Origin: Candidatus Woesearchaeota archaeon
GTDB lineage: Archaea; Nanobdellota; Nanobdellia; Pacearchaeales; GW2011-AR1
Direction: 5' to 3'
NCBI GenBank assembly: GCA_964516745.1
Contig: CAZEYD010000001.1
Span: forward strand, 303,309-367,308
Length of the DNA: 64,000 bases
The first letter of the stretch is position 1; every line of letters begins with the position of its first letter. The notes beneath the pieces are model-generated. The model did not search any database and was not told the DNA's origin. It worked only from the letters and a program-made list of their open reading frames with translations. The position numbers were made by a program, and so were the translations under genes. Shown one piece after another: positions 7,822 through 17,608 of this stretch.

Positions 7822-10800
7822 TTACTTATCTCTCGCCTTTTCTATCTCATTTACAAACAAACTATTGCCTCTCTCCTTACTCTCATTATACCTACCGCTA
7901 ACAATAACACCATCACCATCATTTAATTCCAAAAACACTTTAAAGTCTTCAAATACTTTAGGAAAAACAACACAATCGCAATAACTACTTCTATTTCCAA
8001 TCGTCATAAATGCCATATCTTCTCCCTTTTTCGTTCTAATTTTTCTAAAGCTCTTAATGATTCCAAACAAACTAATTTCCTCACCACCTTTTAAATCACT
8101 ATAAGAATTTAAGATATCAGATTTGGATTCAACATACAAATCAACAGGGTGACATGAAATACAAACTCCCATTAGCTCTTTTTCAAGTTCAATTTTATTC
8201 CTCAAACTCAACTCAGATTCAACAACCAATTCACCAGCGGAAGTACCACCAAACAAGGTTGTCTGCTTCCCAACGCTCGATCCATTTTTTTTCACCTTAT
8301 CATAGGTTGCAAGTAGTTCGCCACGCCCGATACCAAAATTGTCAAAGCACCCAACGCCTATTAAATTTTTCATTACTCTCTTATTAACCTTAGATAAATC
8401 AACACTATTAACAAAATTCTGAAACGAATCATATGGCCTTTTTCCTATAATAGAATCTGTAGCACCATGTCCAACATTTTTGATACCAGATAAACCAAAT
8501 CTAATAAATTTCCTACCAGCGATACTTTCTACGTTAAAATCCTCCAAAGAAGAATTTATCTCGGGACCTAATATGTTAATTTTCATTTTTCTTGCCTCCT
8601 CCAAATAGAAACTCATCTTCTCAGGATCATTAGTATTAGAGGAAATGGTAGCCGTCATAAATTCAACAGGATAATATCTTTTTAGATAAGCAGTTCTATA
8701 GGCGATCAAAGCATAAGCAGCAGCATGACTCTTATTAAAAGAATATGATGCAAATTTCACAATGTCGTCCCACAAATTATCAATATCTTTTTGTTCCATT
8801 TTTGCAACATTTAAACATCCGTCCTTAAACTTCTTTTCTAGACTATTCATTAAATCTAAAATCTTTTTACCTATTGCTTTACGCAAAGTATCGGCTTCAG
8901 ACATCGTAAAGCCAGCTAACTTTTGAGCCAATTGCATAACTTGTTCCTGATAAACCATAATACCATAAGTGGGATCTAAGATTTCCTTCGCCCAAATATG
9001 AGGATAACTTACTTTCTCACGACCATGTTTCCTATCACCATAAACTTGTAAATATTGCATTGGACCCGGGCGATATAAAGCAACAATCGCAATAATATCA
9101 TTAAAATTTGTCGGAACAACAGACTTCAATGTCTTCTGCATACCACTACTTTCTAACTGAAAAACACCAACGCTATCACCATCACCCAACATTTCATACA
9201 CGGCTTTATCATCTAAAGGGATTTCCTCTAACCATTTAGTATCCTTACCAATAAAATCCAAAATCTTCTTCGTAATATTTAAGGTCTCTAATCCTAAAAA
9301 ATCAAACTTAACCAGTCCCCTGTCCTCGATTTCATGACCATCTGTTTGAGTAACGATAAAACCATCTTTCTCACTAACAGGAACGTACTCAGTTATAGCC
9401 TCCTTTCCCCATACAACACCACAGGCATGGATTCCTTTATGACGAACTCCTCCCTCTAGCCTTAAAGCAATATCAAATATTTCAAAATATTCTTCTCTAA
9501 ATTTAATTAATTTATCATTAATTAATTTCCCAGATTCATTTTTTAATTCTAAACTCTTCTGGATTGTTTTTTCGGTAACATAATTAGTTACCTCGTTCGC
9601 AATATTAAATGGAATCTTAAACACTCTCATAACATCTTTCAAAACTGATTTTGCACTCATCGTTCCATAAGTTCCAATCAAAGCAATCTTATCATGCCCA
9701 TATTTCTCTTTCACATAATTTACAACAACGTCTTTATCACCAAAATCTATATCAAAATCAGGCAAACTAATTCTATCAGGATTTAAAAACCGTTCAAACA
9801 AAAGACCAAGATGCAAGGGTTCTAACTGGGTAATTCCTAATAAATATGCAACAATGCTACCAGCTCCACTACCACGACCAGGTCCAACTTGACATTGAGT
9901 CTTAGCATAAGCAACAAAATCTTGAACAATTAAAAAATAAGTAGAAAAATTCATTTTCTCTATAACAGACAACTCATATTTTAGTCTTGATTTCGCTTCA
10001 TCATACAAAACATTTCCACCATAAACCTCTTCCAATTTTTTGGAACACAATTTGTTTAAATATTCATCATGATCCATATTGCCTGGGGCATCATATTTTG
10101 GCCAAATTGTCTCACCAAATTTCCAATCAACATTACATTTCTCTGCAATCTCAACACTATTAGAAACAGCATCTAACCTTTCACTAAAGCGTTCCTTCAT
10201 TTCTTCTTCGCTCATTATATAATACCCATCACCAGGAAATTGAAAATGTTTAGGGTCTTCCAAAGAACCATTTGTCTGAATACATAGCATAGTTTCGTGA
10301 GCCTTCTTATCTTCCTTTAATAAATAATGTGCATCACAAGCCGCAACTAATTTTAGCCCCATTTCATCAGCCCACCTATAATAAACATCTCTTACCTTTT
10401 TTTCCTCAGGAATATTATGATTATGAACTTCTAAATAAAAATCTTCTTTCCCAAAAATATCCAAATACTCTTTTAATTTTTCTTTGGCCAAATCCATATT
10501 GTCCCAAACAATAGCGGTAGCAATATCATTAGCAAGGCAGGCAGACATACAAATTAACCCTTCAGAATATTCCTTCAATATCTTTTTATCTATTCTTGGT
10601 CTATAATAAAATCCATTACAGGAAGCAATAGAATTCAGTTTTATTAAATTTTTCAATCCAATTTCATTTTTAGCAAGCAAAATAAGATGCGCTCGCTTTT
10701 CATCTTTATCTCTAACATTTAAATCCTTGACAATATAAGGCTCAACACCAAATATCAATTTAACGCCAGCTTTTTTTGCTACCTTATACTTATTTATAAT

Positions 10801-10935
10801 AGATTCCATATTCCCATGCTCGGTAATTGCGACAGAATTCATACCTAATTCTTTAACTCTCTCAAACAAATCAGAAACTTTTATTGCACCATCCAGAAAA
10901 CTATACTCAGTATGTAGATGTAAATGAACAAATCC
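7822..10935 (-). other. DnaE (C-family polymerase) module of the fusion ORF
   Basis: It begins GFVHLHLHTEYS (I checked the nucleotides at 10921-10935). The order is PHP, palm, thumb/fingers, an internal QTTLF motif, then an OB fold. No tau-binding tail is evident. Confidence 0.8.
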
Positions 10936-13900
10936 GTCATTGAGTTTTTTTTTATCTATCGATTTTGGTATTATATTTTTATTAACAATAACATTTTCTT
11001 CTTTTTGTTTCTCTTCTACAATTATAGGTTTCTCAATAACCAAAATTTCATCTCTTTTAACGTCTTCTTTAATCAATATATTTCCAGAATCTCTGCTCTC
11101 ATGATTAACAGATTCGTTCTTTTCAAATAAAGATAACTGTTTTTCTACCCCAAATATTTCTTCTATATAATCTTTCATTAAATATAAACAATCTTTTGTA
11201 TATTCTGAAATTTCATATTTATCCGCAAGTTCTAATGCAGAACCTAAATATTTTTTTATTGAACCATAAGAAACTGTTAAAAGAAGTTTGCTACCACACT
11301 TTCTACAAATTCCTGCTAATGGGGGTCTTCTATATTTTTGATTACAAGAAGAACATCTAAATTGCTGACGAAAAAACTTCTTTAAATTTCCTCCAATATC
11401 TTTCAAAAAGTGTTTTTCAATAATCATTTCTGCAACATTATCGCTATCAACAGCCCTAATTTTTTCCACTAATTGCATTTGCTTCTCTACCTTTTCCTTC
11501 ATTGTAGGCAAAGATTTGTAGGAACCATTAGTCACACCAATGTTAAAATCAAAGGTATTATGAGTAAATCCTAAACCACTAAATGTAGTAATTCCCTCTC
11601 TTAATCGTTTTTTAACATTATCACTATCAACTTTACTAGAATGCATTCTTTCCTCTGCTAACTCATATAATTCTAATGGATAGTTCCACGCAACATCATA
11701 CTCTAATATTTGATCGTCAACACCCCCTGCTTGAATTCTTCCATTAATAACTAAGGGTGCATCTTGGCTAGCCCCCCTGTGATTAGAAAGATAACTTTTA
11801 CTAAAATTTAAAAGAACATCCATTAACATCATAACAGCCATTTCATCTCCATCACAATCACGACGAATAGCAGCATGCATATATGGACTAGCCATAATTC
11901 CTTGAATATTACTAAAACCTATTATTCTACCAACAACTCCAGCACAATTATGAGGAGCCATACAAACAACCAATTGTCCAACTAAGTCCTCTTTTGTCTT
12001 TAAATTATATAGTTTCTCTTTATTGTAAATCTTCTCTAACTCTTCATCAATAAAATTGGCAATATTAAAAAAAACGTCATCGCCTTTTTCATCATGACTA
12101 TCAGAACATGCCGATAAAACAATATCGTGAGGTCTCAAATCTAAAATTTGATTTGCATCCTTTAGCTCTTTTCCATAAATGTCTTTATCATATCCTAACT
12201 CTATTAACTTTTCAACACTAACATTAATTTCATTTGGTTTAAAATGACTCAACGGAATTTCTATTCCATCATATCTAATTGTTCCATCTTTATTAACTAA
12301 TAGATTATACTTGGATCTCAATATTCCTTTTCCTATATACTCTACCTCACCATTTCCAGAACTAACATTATTAACTCCTTTGACTATTGAAGGGAAATTG
12401 TCTATATCATATCCTAATTTATCCATTGTTGTAAGAATATGTTCTTTAAGTTTTATTTCTCTAAACTGGCAACCATTTCCCCTATGCTCTAAACATTTTT
12501 CTTTATACGTTTTATTACATATCTCACAAAAAAAATTCCTTTCTATTTTTTTCCCACATTTATCACAAACAGAGTATATTGTAGAATTTCCACATTTACA
12601 TTCGTATAAAGGAAACATTCCTTTAAACATAGATTTACTTGCCTCAAATACATTTCTTTGTCTTCCCCCTTTATCATAAACAGGAAATAGCCCATTTGGA
12701 CTTCCTTCCTGTTTTCGTAATTTTGCTTTTTCAGGACGTCCCATTCTAGAACCAATAAAGTCACCCGCCTTATCTTTAATTGTAAATTCAGATAATTCAT
12801 TAATTAATTTTAAAACATCGTCACCATTACTAATTTTAGATTTTAATAAGCCTACTCTTTCCTTAACTAACCCATCCTCACTTATATCCCCTATTCCTAT
12901 ATTATAAAACAATGCTCTTGCCTTTTCCTTTTCTAAAACAACATTATCTAAAACAACATCATGATCAATACCAACTAACTCTAATGCCCTTTTTGCAACA
13001 GAAAATGTATTCTTAATCTCTTTTCCCCATGGCAACACAAACTTTTTATCGCTATCACCTCGCCACATTCCCTCTTCTAACCAGGAAAACAAGGCTAAAA
13101 GATTTTCTCTATTTATCTCTGTCCAATAAAAAATATATTTTGGATATAATGGAACAGAATATTTTATACTTATATTAACGGCCAAATCTATGTCAATTTT
13201 CCATTTATCATATTCAAGTATATCACCTGTCACCTCTAATTTTTTTTTGAGTTCTAAGTCCCACCATTCTTCTACATAACCTGATTTAACCAAATCAGAA
13301 TTTCTATCTCTAACATCACCTAATGAACATAACATATCGCCAAGATAAATTATTTCATAAACATCTTTACTTAACTCCATAGCTTTCTCATATTCGTGAA
13401 TTTGTTTTACACTACCATCTTTTAACTTAACGATTGGTCCTTCTAATACATCACAAGAGGTAATTATTGTTCCCTTAATCGGTTTTTCCAATTTTAATTG
13501 TGTACCTTGAGATAAAAATCCATCACTAATTCCCATCGTTGCGGGACTTATACTAACCGCACTAAACCCATTTGTTCTACTTTTTCCATAACGAAATCTA
13601 AAACCTCCGCTTCTAGATGGATGTCCATAAACTGGTCTTCCTGCAACTAAATCTTTTATATATGTTGCACCAACATCTCCTAAACCACTCTCTCTCTTGG
13701 AATGAATAACCAAATATTCTACAAGAAAATCCCAACCAGTACTCTTTATACCGTTCTTTTTAACATCATTTAATCGATGTAATCCCTTTGCTGCTTTCTG
13801 AGCAAGACCTTCAGCCAAAACCAAACAAACACCACCTCTAATTCTAGGAGTATGAACTCTCTCTATATCCTTAAAATTACTAACCTCCTGTAACTCTGTT

Positions 13901-14604
13901 GGATCTCCATCTATCTGAATTGGTAAATTTTTCGATAAAAAAATCAGTTCCTCTTCTGTCGGCATATATTGTAAATTAGATACTTTATCATTATAATCAA
14001 CACATTCAATATAATATCTCTTAATTTCATCTTCTGTTGCAATATATTTAGCATAACCAAAATATTCTCGTAAATAGTCAACCAACATCAAAAAAACACA
14101 AGTAGCAGTTGTTCCAGCACTCCTAATCGGACCAGAAAATTTAACTCTAAAGTATTCAGATTTATCCCTGTTTTTATCTAAACTGATACCAGTATAACCT
14201 TCTAGTGGACTAGCAACAACTCCTAAAGTTAAATACGAAAAACCAACTCGCAAACCAGCATCAATTCCAATCATTTTATCTTCAAAACTACAAAATTTAT
14301 TCTTCGCTATTTCTCTAGCAATAATAAAACTAACAGTTGTATTTAATTGACCATATTTCTTTTCTAATTCTAATATTCTTTTAGATATCTCAGCAACTGG
14401 TAGTTGAGGATATACTATTGCAATTAAATTAACACATTTTTCAGCCATAGACATAGCTAAAGGTGTTTCAACTTGTTGCATAAAATCAAACCCATTTTTC
14501 TTAGCAGAATTTGCTATATCATAAATTTCTCTTATATTTTTGTTCATCAAATTAAAATATTCAGATTCATCCCAATATCCCATTTTGTTTATTTTTTCTT
14601 CCAT
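7822..14604 (-). CDS. Fusion protein: archaeal DNA polymerase D large subunit (DP2, aa 1 to ~1160), a K/E-rich linker, then a bacterial-type DNA polymerase III alpha subunit (DnaE, aa ~1222-2260)
   Basis: One uninterrupted 2260-codon frame. The DP2 part has GPIRSAGTTA, RSGGFRFRYGKSRT, Cys clusters CKCG..CDKCG and CSSCN..CRKCG, and the catalytic AIRRDCDGDEMAVMML. The DnaE part has PHP HLHLHTEYSFLDG, AITEHGN, GVEPY, AHLILLAKN, MSAC and CDAHY. It also has GPGRGSGAGS, the palm PDFDIDF and KFDFLGLETL, then GVFQLES, ALYRPGP, YQEQVMQ, FNKSHAAAYA and a C-terminal OB-fold-like segment. Confidence 0.85.
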   Translation of the reverse strand: MEEKINKMGYWDESEYFNLMNKNIREIYDIANSAKKNGFDFMQQVETPLAMSMAEKCVNLIAIVYPQLPVAEISKRILELEKKYGQLNTTVSFIIAREIAKNKFCSFEDKMIGIDAGLRVGFSYLTLGVVASPLEGYTGISLDKNRDKSEYFRVKFSGPIRSAGTTATCVFLMLVDYLREYFGYAKYIATEDEIKRYYIECVDYNDKVSNLQYMPTEEELIFLSKNLPIQIDGDPTELQEVSNFKDIERVHTPRIRGGVCLVLAEGLAQKAAKGLHRLNDVKKNGIKSTGWDFLVEYLVIHSKRESGLGDVGATYIKDLVAGRPVYGHPSRSGGFRFRYGKSRTNGFSAVSISPATMGISDGFLSQGTQLKLEKPIKGTIITSCDVLEGPIVKLKDGSVKQIHEYEKAMELSKDVYEIIYLGDMLCSLGDVRDRNSDLVKSGYVEEWWDLELKKKLEVTGDILEYDKWKIDIDLAVNISIKYSVPLYPKYIFYWTEINRENLLALFSWLEEGMWRGDSDKKFVLPWGKEIKNTFSVAKRALELVGIDHDVVLDNVVLEKEKARALFYNIGIGDISEDGLVKERVGLLKSKISNGDDVLKLINELSEFTIKDKAGDFIGSRMGRPEKAKLRKQEGSPNGLFPVYDKGGRQRNVFEASKSMFKGMFPLYECKCGNSTIYSVCDKCGKKIERNFFCEICNKTYKEKCLEHRGNGCQFREIKLKEHILTTMDKLGYDIDNFPSIVKGVNNVSSGNGEVEYIGKGILRSKYNLLVNKDGTIRYDGIEIPLSHFKPNEINVSVEKLIELGYDKDIYGKELKDANQILDLRPHDIVLSACSDSHDEKGDDVFFNIANFIDEELEKIYNKEKLYNLKTKEDLVGQLVVCMAPHNCAGVVGRIIGFSNIQGIMASPYMHAAIRRDCDGDEMAVMMLMDVLLNFSKSYLSNHRGASQDAPLVINGRIQAGGVDDQILEYDVAWNYPLELYELAEERMHSSKVDSDNVKKRLREGITTFSGLGFTHNTFDFNIGVTNGSYKSLPTMKEKVEKQMQLVEKIRAVDSDNVAEMIIEKHFLKDIGGNLKKFFRQQFRCSSCNQKYRRPPLAGICRKCGSKLLLTVSYGSIKKYLGSALELADKYEISEYTKDCLYLMKDYIEEIFGVEKQLSLFEKNESVNHESRDSGNILIKEDVKRDEILVIEKPIIVEEKQKEENVIVNKNIIPKSIDKKKLNDGFVHLHLHTEYSFLDGAIKVSDLFERVKELGMNSVAITEHGNMESIINKYKVAKKAGVKLIFGVEPYIVKDLNVRDKDEKRAHLILLAKNEIGLKNLIKLNSIASCNGFYYRPRIDKKILKEYSEGLICMSACLANDIATAIVWDNMDLAKEKLKEYLDIFGKEDFYLEVHNHNIPEEKKVRDVYYRWADEMGLKLVAACDAHYLLKEDKKAHETMLCIQTNGSLEDPKHFQFPGDGYYIMSEEEMKERFSERLDAVSNSVEIAEKCNVDWKFGETIWPKYDAPGNMDHDEYLNKLCSKKLEEVYGGNVLYDEAKSRLKYELSVIEKMNFSTYFLIVQDFVAYAKTQCQVGPGRGSGAGSIVAYLLGITQLEPLHLGLLFERFLNPDRISLPDFDIDFGDKDVVVNYVKEKYGHDKIALIGTYGTMSAKSVLKDVMRVFKIPFNIANEVTNYVTEKTIQKSLELKNESGKLINDKLIKFREEYFEIFDIALRLEGGVRHKGIHACGVVWGKEAITEYVPVSEKDGFIVTQTDGHEIEDRGLVKFDFLGLETLNITKKILDFIGKDTKWLEEIPLDDKAVYEMLGDGDSVGVFQLESSGMQKTLKSVVPTNFNDIIAIVALYRPGPMQYLQVYGDRKHGREKVSYPHIWAKEILDPTYGIMVYQEQVMQLAQKLAGFTMSEADTLRKAIGKKILDLMNSLEKKFKDGCLNVAKMEQKDIDNLWDDIVKFASYSFNKSHAAAYALIAYRTAYLKRYYPVEFMTATISSNTNDPEKMSFYLEEARKMKINILGPEINSSLEDFNVESIAGRKFIRFGLSGIKNVGHGATDSIIGKRPYDSFQNFVNSVDLSKVNKRVMKNLIGVGCFDNFGIGRGELLATYDKVKKNGSSVGKQTTLFGGTSAGELVVESELSLRNKIELEKELMGVCISCHPVDLYVESKSDILNSYSDLKGGEEISLFGIIKSFRKIRTKKGEDMAFMTIGNRSSYCDCVVFPKVFEDFKVFLELNDGDGVIVSGRYNESKERGNSLFVNEIEKARDK
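10936..11121 (-). other. Low-complexity K/E/I/V-rich linker between the DP2 and DnaE modules
   Basis: KNESVNHESRDSGNILIKEDVKRDEILVIEKPIIVEEKQKEENVIVNKNIIPKSIDKKKLND. It contains no stop codon and no Met. Confidence 0.7.
11122..14604 (-). other. DP2 (PolD large subunit) module of the fusion ORF
   Basis: Covers aa 1 to ~1161. It ends with ...DYIEEIFGVEKQLSLFE, where QLSLF lies at nt 11125-11139. Confidence 0.8.
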
Positions 14605-14713
14605 TAATATCTCAAAACTCCTCTATATTAAAAATCACTAAAATCTTTAAATATATTCTTATAGACAAATACCTATTGTTTAAACAACTAATTAAAATAG
14701 AACATAAACTCTA

Positions 14714-16285
14714 TTAATCATTCATTTTACAACAAATATTATCATCCTTTATCCATTTCACTTGCTTACTATCATCACTAAAATCTAAAACTTTTATCTC
14801 TCTTGTTCTTAAATTTAACAATGGTACTTTACACGGATCCGAAAGAATCCCTTTCTTATCTAAATAATTTGTATTATTCATCCAACAAGAACCATTGATT
14901 AACAAGATATTTTCTTTCATTTCTATTTCACATCTATGTAAATTTCCAGTAAATATAATATCAGGTATCGGTTCTATTATTGATAAATCTTTTTCCTCTG
15001 GTATAATATCTACACTACCATACATTGGAGATAATTGTTTTATTCTTAGCAACTCTTTAATTATATTGTTCGGAGAGGAAAATCCAGATTTATTTCGAAT
15101 ATTTGGCATTTCATTCGTTAAATTATAAATATTTGTACCATGATATAATAATATATTAATTTTATTTTCTATTTTAACCCAAGATGGATTTTCTAAAAAC
15201 GTTATATTATTTCTAGCATCTAATTCCTTAAACCATTTATTTTCTATTCTACTCTGTGGTTCACCTCTCCATACTGCATCTCTATCTCCAGATGTAACCA
15301 GTATATTAAGATCTTTTCTAAACAATTTAAATAGTTCTTGAACTTTTTCATATTGTTTGGTTATGTTTTTTATTTTAAGATCTTTTTCTTGATTTACATA
15401 ATGTCCAATCCCATCAACTAAATTTCCTCCAATAAATAAATATTTTATGTTTTTAGAAATTTCTGAATAAATATTTTTCTCTTTTCCATTTATCCATTTT
15501 ATAAATTTGAGGAAGTTTTTCTCCATAAAATTAACAGAACCACAATGTAAATCACTAATAAATGCAACCCAGCAATCATTCTCTGTTTTTACTATTCTAT
15601 TATTTTTTACTTCAGGAAAAATTATATCATTACAAAAAAACATTTCGCTAGAACAACTTCCTCTAAAAACTAAAACACTATCCATCAAAATTTGACTAGC
15701 TTGTTCATATAATTTATTTTTGTTCTTATTTATTAGCAAATTTATACTACCTGTCATATCTTCTACCTCTAAAATTATATTTTTGTTTTTTGTTATCCTT
15801 TTACTAAATACAGAACCTATTATTGTAAAACTACTATTTTTACTTATTTTTCTTATACTTGTTATATCACTATACTCTTTTTCTAACAAAAAATCTTTTA
15901 TTATATTATATTTTCTTCTAAAACTATTAATAAAATCGTTAACTGTAAATATTTTAGGTTTATGTTCTTTCTCCTTTATTACTTGAATTGTGTTAAATTC
16001 TTCTTTTTTATTAATATTTTCTGTCTTTTTCTTTTCATTTAGTTCTAAAAAAAATGCATCAACACTATCATTAAGACCTCCATTCATAATTTTTTTGATA
16101 TTTTTGATGTTATCAGAAAATATTTTTCTAGTAATTACCCGTTCTTTTAACTTTAAATTACCAATAATGTCTATTATTTCATTTATCTTATCTGATTCAA
16201 TCTTATTAAAAATATCTAACATTTCTTTGTCTAATAAAAACCCTTTCTTCATACACTCTTTTAATACTAAATTTACCATATTCAA
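14714..16285 (-). CDS. DNA polymerase D small subunit (DP1), with atypical phosphoesterase motifs
   Basis: OB region plus calcineurin-like phosphoesterase region: AFISDLHCGS, LFIGGNLVDGIG, VTSGDRDAVWRGEPQ, LLYHGTN and IFTGNLH. It lies directly upstream of DP2, as in other archaea. Confidence 0.85.
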   Translation of the reverse strand: MNMVNLVLKECMKKGFLLDKEMLDIFNKIESDKINEIIDIIGNLKLKERVITRKIFSDNIKNIKKIMNGGLNDSVDAFFLELNEKKKTENINKKEEFNTIQVIKEKEHKPKIFTVNDFINSFRRKYNIIKDFLLEKEYSDITSIRKISKNSSFTIIGSVFSKRITKNKNIILEVEDMTGSINLLINKNKNKLYEQASQILMDSVLVFRGSCSSEMFFCNDIIFPEVKNNRIVKTENDCWVAFISDLHCGSVNFMEKNFLKFIKWINGKEKNIYSEISKNIKYLFIGGNLVDGIGHYVNQEKDLKIKNITKQYEKVQELFKLFRKDLNILVTSGDRDAVWRGEPQSRIENKWFKELDARNNITFLENPSWVKIENKINILLYHGTNIYNLTNEMPNIRNKSGFSSPNNIIKELLRIKQLSPMYGSVDIIPEEKDLSIIEPIPDIIFTGNLHRCEIEMKENILLINGSCWMNNTNYLDKKGILSDPCKVPLLNLRTREIKVLDFSDDSKQVKWIKDDNICCKMND

Positions 16286-16334
16286 TGCAATAAAAAGTCA
16301 ATATTTCTTTATATAAATTCTCGTAATAGAAACA

Positions 16335-17549
16335 CTAAATACCCAACATTTCAATCAAACTAATCTCTATTTTTTTAAATATATTATTAGGAACACTTAA
16401 TTTAATATCCCTAGTTCTCCCATGCCTTCCTTTACTTATAACCTTAGCATTAATAATTCCCATCATATCTAAATCTGCTAATATATCACTAATTCTTCTT
16501 TGTGTTAGGCCATCTGTTTTTGTCTGTAAGCATAAATCCTGATATACATTATAAACATCACCTGTAAAAAACTTATCAATATTCTTCTCTTTTTGTTGTT
16601 TTGTTAATTGAACTATTGAATATAATACCAATTTATGTTGTTTTGGATATGTTTCAACTATATCTAATATTTTATCCTTTTCTATTTTTTGATTTGCAAA
16701 GTCAATATATTCTTCTTCTACTACAACCTTTGAATCTCTTTCTGATAATTCTCCCGCTATTCTTAATAAATCTAATGCTCTTCTTGCATCTCCATGCTCC
16801 CTAGCAGCATAGGCGGCACATTTTGCAATAACTCCATCACTAATAACATTTTTTTTGAATGCTAATTCGCACCTCTCATTTAATATGTCTCTCAATTGTA
16901 TTGCATTATATGGAGAAAATATAAATTCTTCTTCACCCAAACTACTTCTTACTCTTGGATCTATATTTTCTAAAAAAGTAACATCATTACTAATTCCTAT
17001 CAAGGATATTTGTGCATTAACTAACTCTTGATTAATCCTAGTCATAGTATATAAAAAATTATCACTCATTTTTTTAACAGCTTGATCTATCTCATCAAAA
17101 ATAAAAACTATTAATTGTTTCTTTTTATCGATAATTTCAAGAAACTTTGCCCAAACTTTATCTGTTGGTAATCCTGTTGCTGAAATTTCTCCACCCATTT
17201 TCTTTATCAGTGCTGCTAATATTCTATATTCTGTATCCGCAACCTTTCTTAATTTACAATTAAGATATTCAAATCTTACATCAACTCCTATTTCTTTTGA
17301 TTTTTCTGTTAATTGATTACAAACATATTCAACTGATAATGTTTTACCTGTTCCTGTTTTTCCATAAACAAACAAATTGCTCGGTGTTTCCCCTCTTAAT
17401 ATAGATGCCAATATTCCTGCTATGGATTTTATTTGTTTATCTCTGTGTGGAATATTATCAGGAGTATATCTAACTTGAAGTACTCCTTTGTTCTTAAATA
17501 AACTATTATTTACAGCACTTTCAAATATATCATTTAATTCAACTCCCAT
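16335..17549 (-). CDS. cdc6: Orc1/Cdc6 replication initiator
   Basis: Walker A GKTGTGKT, Walker B IFDEIDQ, sensor region and a C-terminal winged helix (GRHGRTRDIKL). It is adjacent to an AT-rich intergenic region. Confidence 0.9.
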   Translation of the reverse strand: MGVELNDIFESAVNNSLFKNKGVLQVRYTPDNIPHRDKQIKSIAGILASILRGETPSNLFVYGKTGTGKTLSVEYVCNQLTEKSKEIGVDVRFEYLNCKLRKVADTEYRILAALIKKMGGEISATGLPTDKVWAKFLEIIDKKKQLIVFIFDEIDQAVKKMSDNFLYTMTRINQELVNAQISLIGISNDVTFLENIDPRVRSSLGEEEFIFSPYNAIQLRDILNERCELAFKKNVISDGVIAKCAAYAAREHGDARRALDLLRIAGELSERDSKVVVEEEYIDFANQKIEKDKILDIVETYPKQHKLVLYSIVQLTKQQKEKNIDKFFTGDVYNVYQDLCLQTKTDGLTQRRISDILADLDMMGIINAKVISKGRHGRTRDIKLSVPNNIFKKIEISLIEMLGI

Positions 17550-17608
17550 CTTCTATTTTAAAACATATTAAAGTATTTAAATATGATATATCGGAAATTA
17601 TTATTATT

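Noticed and set aside
10850-11200. The DP2-DnaE junction might be two adjacent genes with an overlooked stop or start.
   Set aside because: I re-read the nucleotides at 10921-11160. The frame is open, with no stop and no Met or obvious RBS in the linker. It remains formally possible only through a sequencing or assembly error, which needs read-level checking.
8154-12800. ORF-track entries antisense to or overlapping the polymerase gene (8154-8387, 10329-10514, 10924-11130, 12311-12679, 12543-12800).
   Set aside because: These are shadow ORFs inside a very strongly supported long CDS. Their translations are low-complexity or hydrophobic nonsense, typical of AT-rich antisense frames.
7822-14604. 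The DnaE-like segment might be an intein or a nested insertion inside DP2.
   Set aside because: It is strictly C-terminal. No DP2 sequence resumes after it, and there are no intein splice-junction motifs. The segment itself has the complete Pol III alpha domain order rather than Hint or homing-endonuclease blocks.
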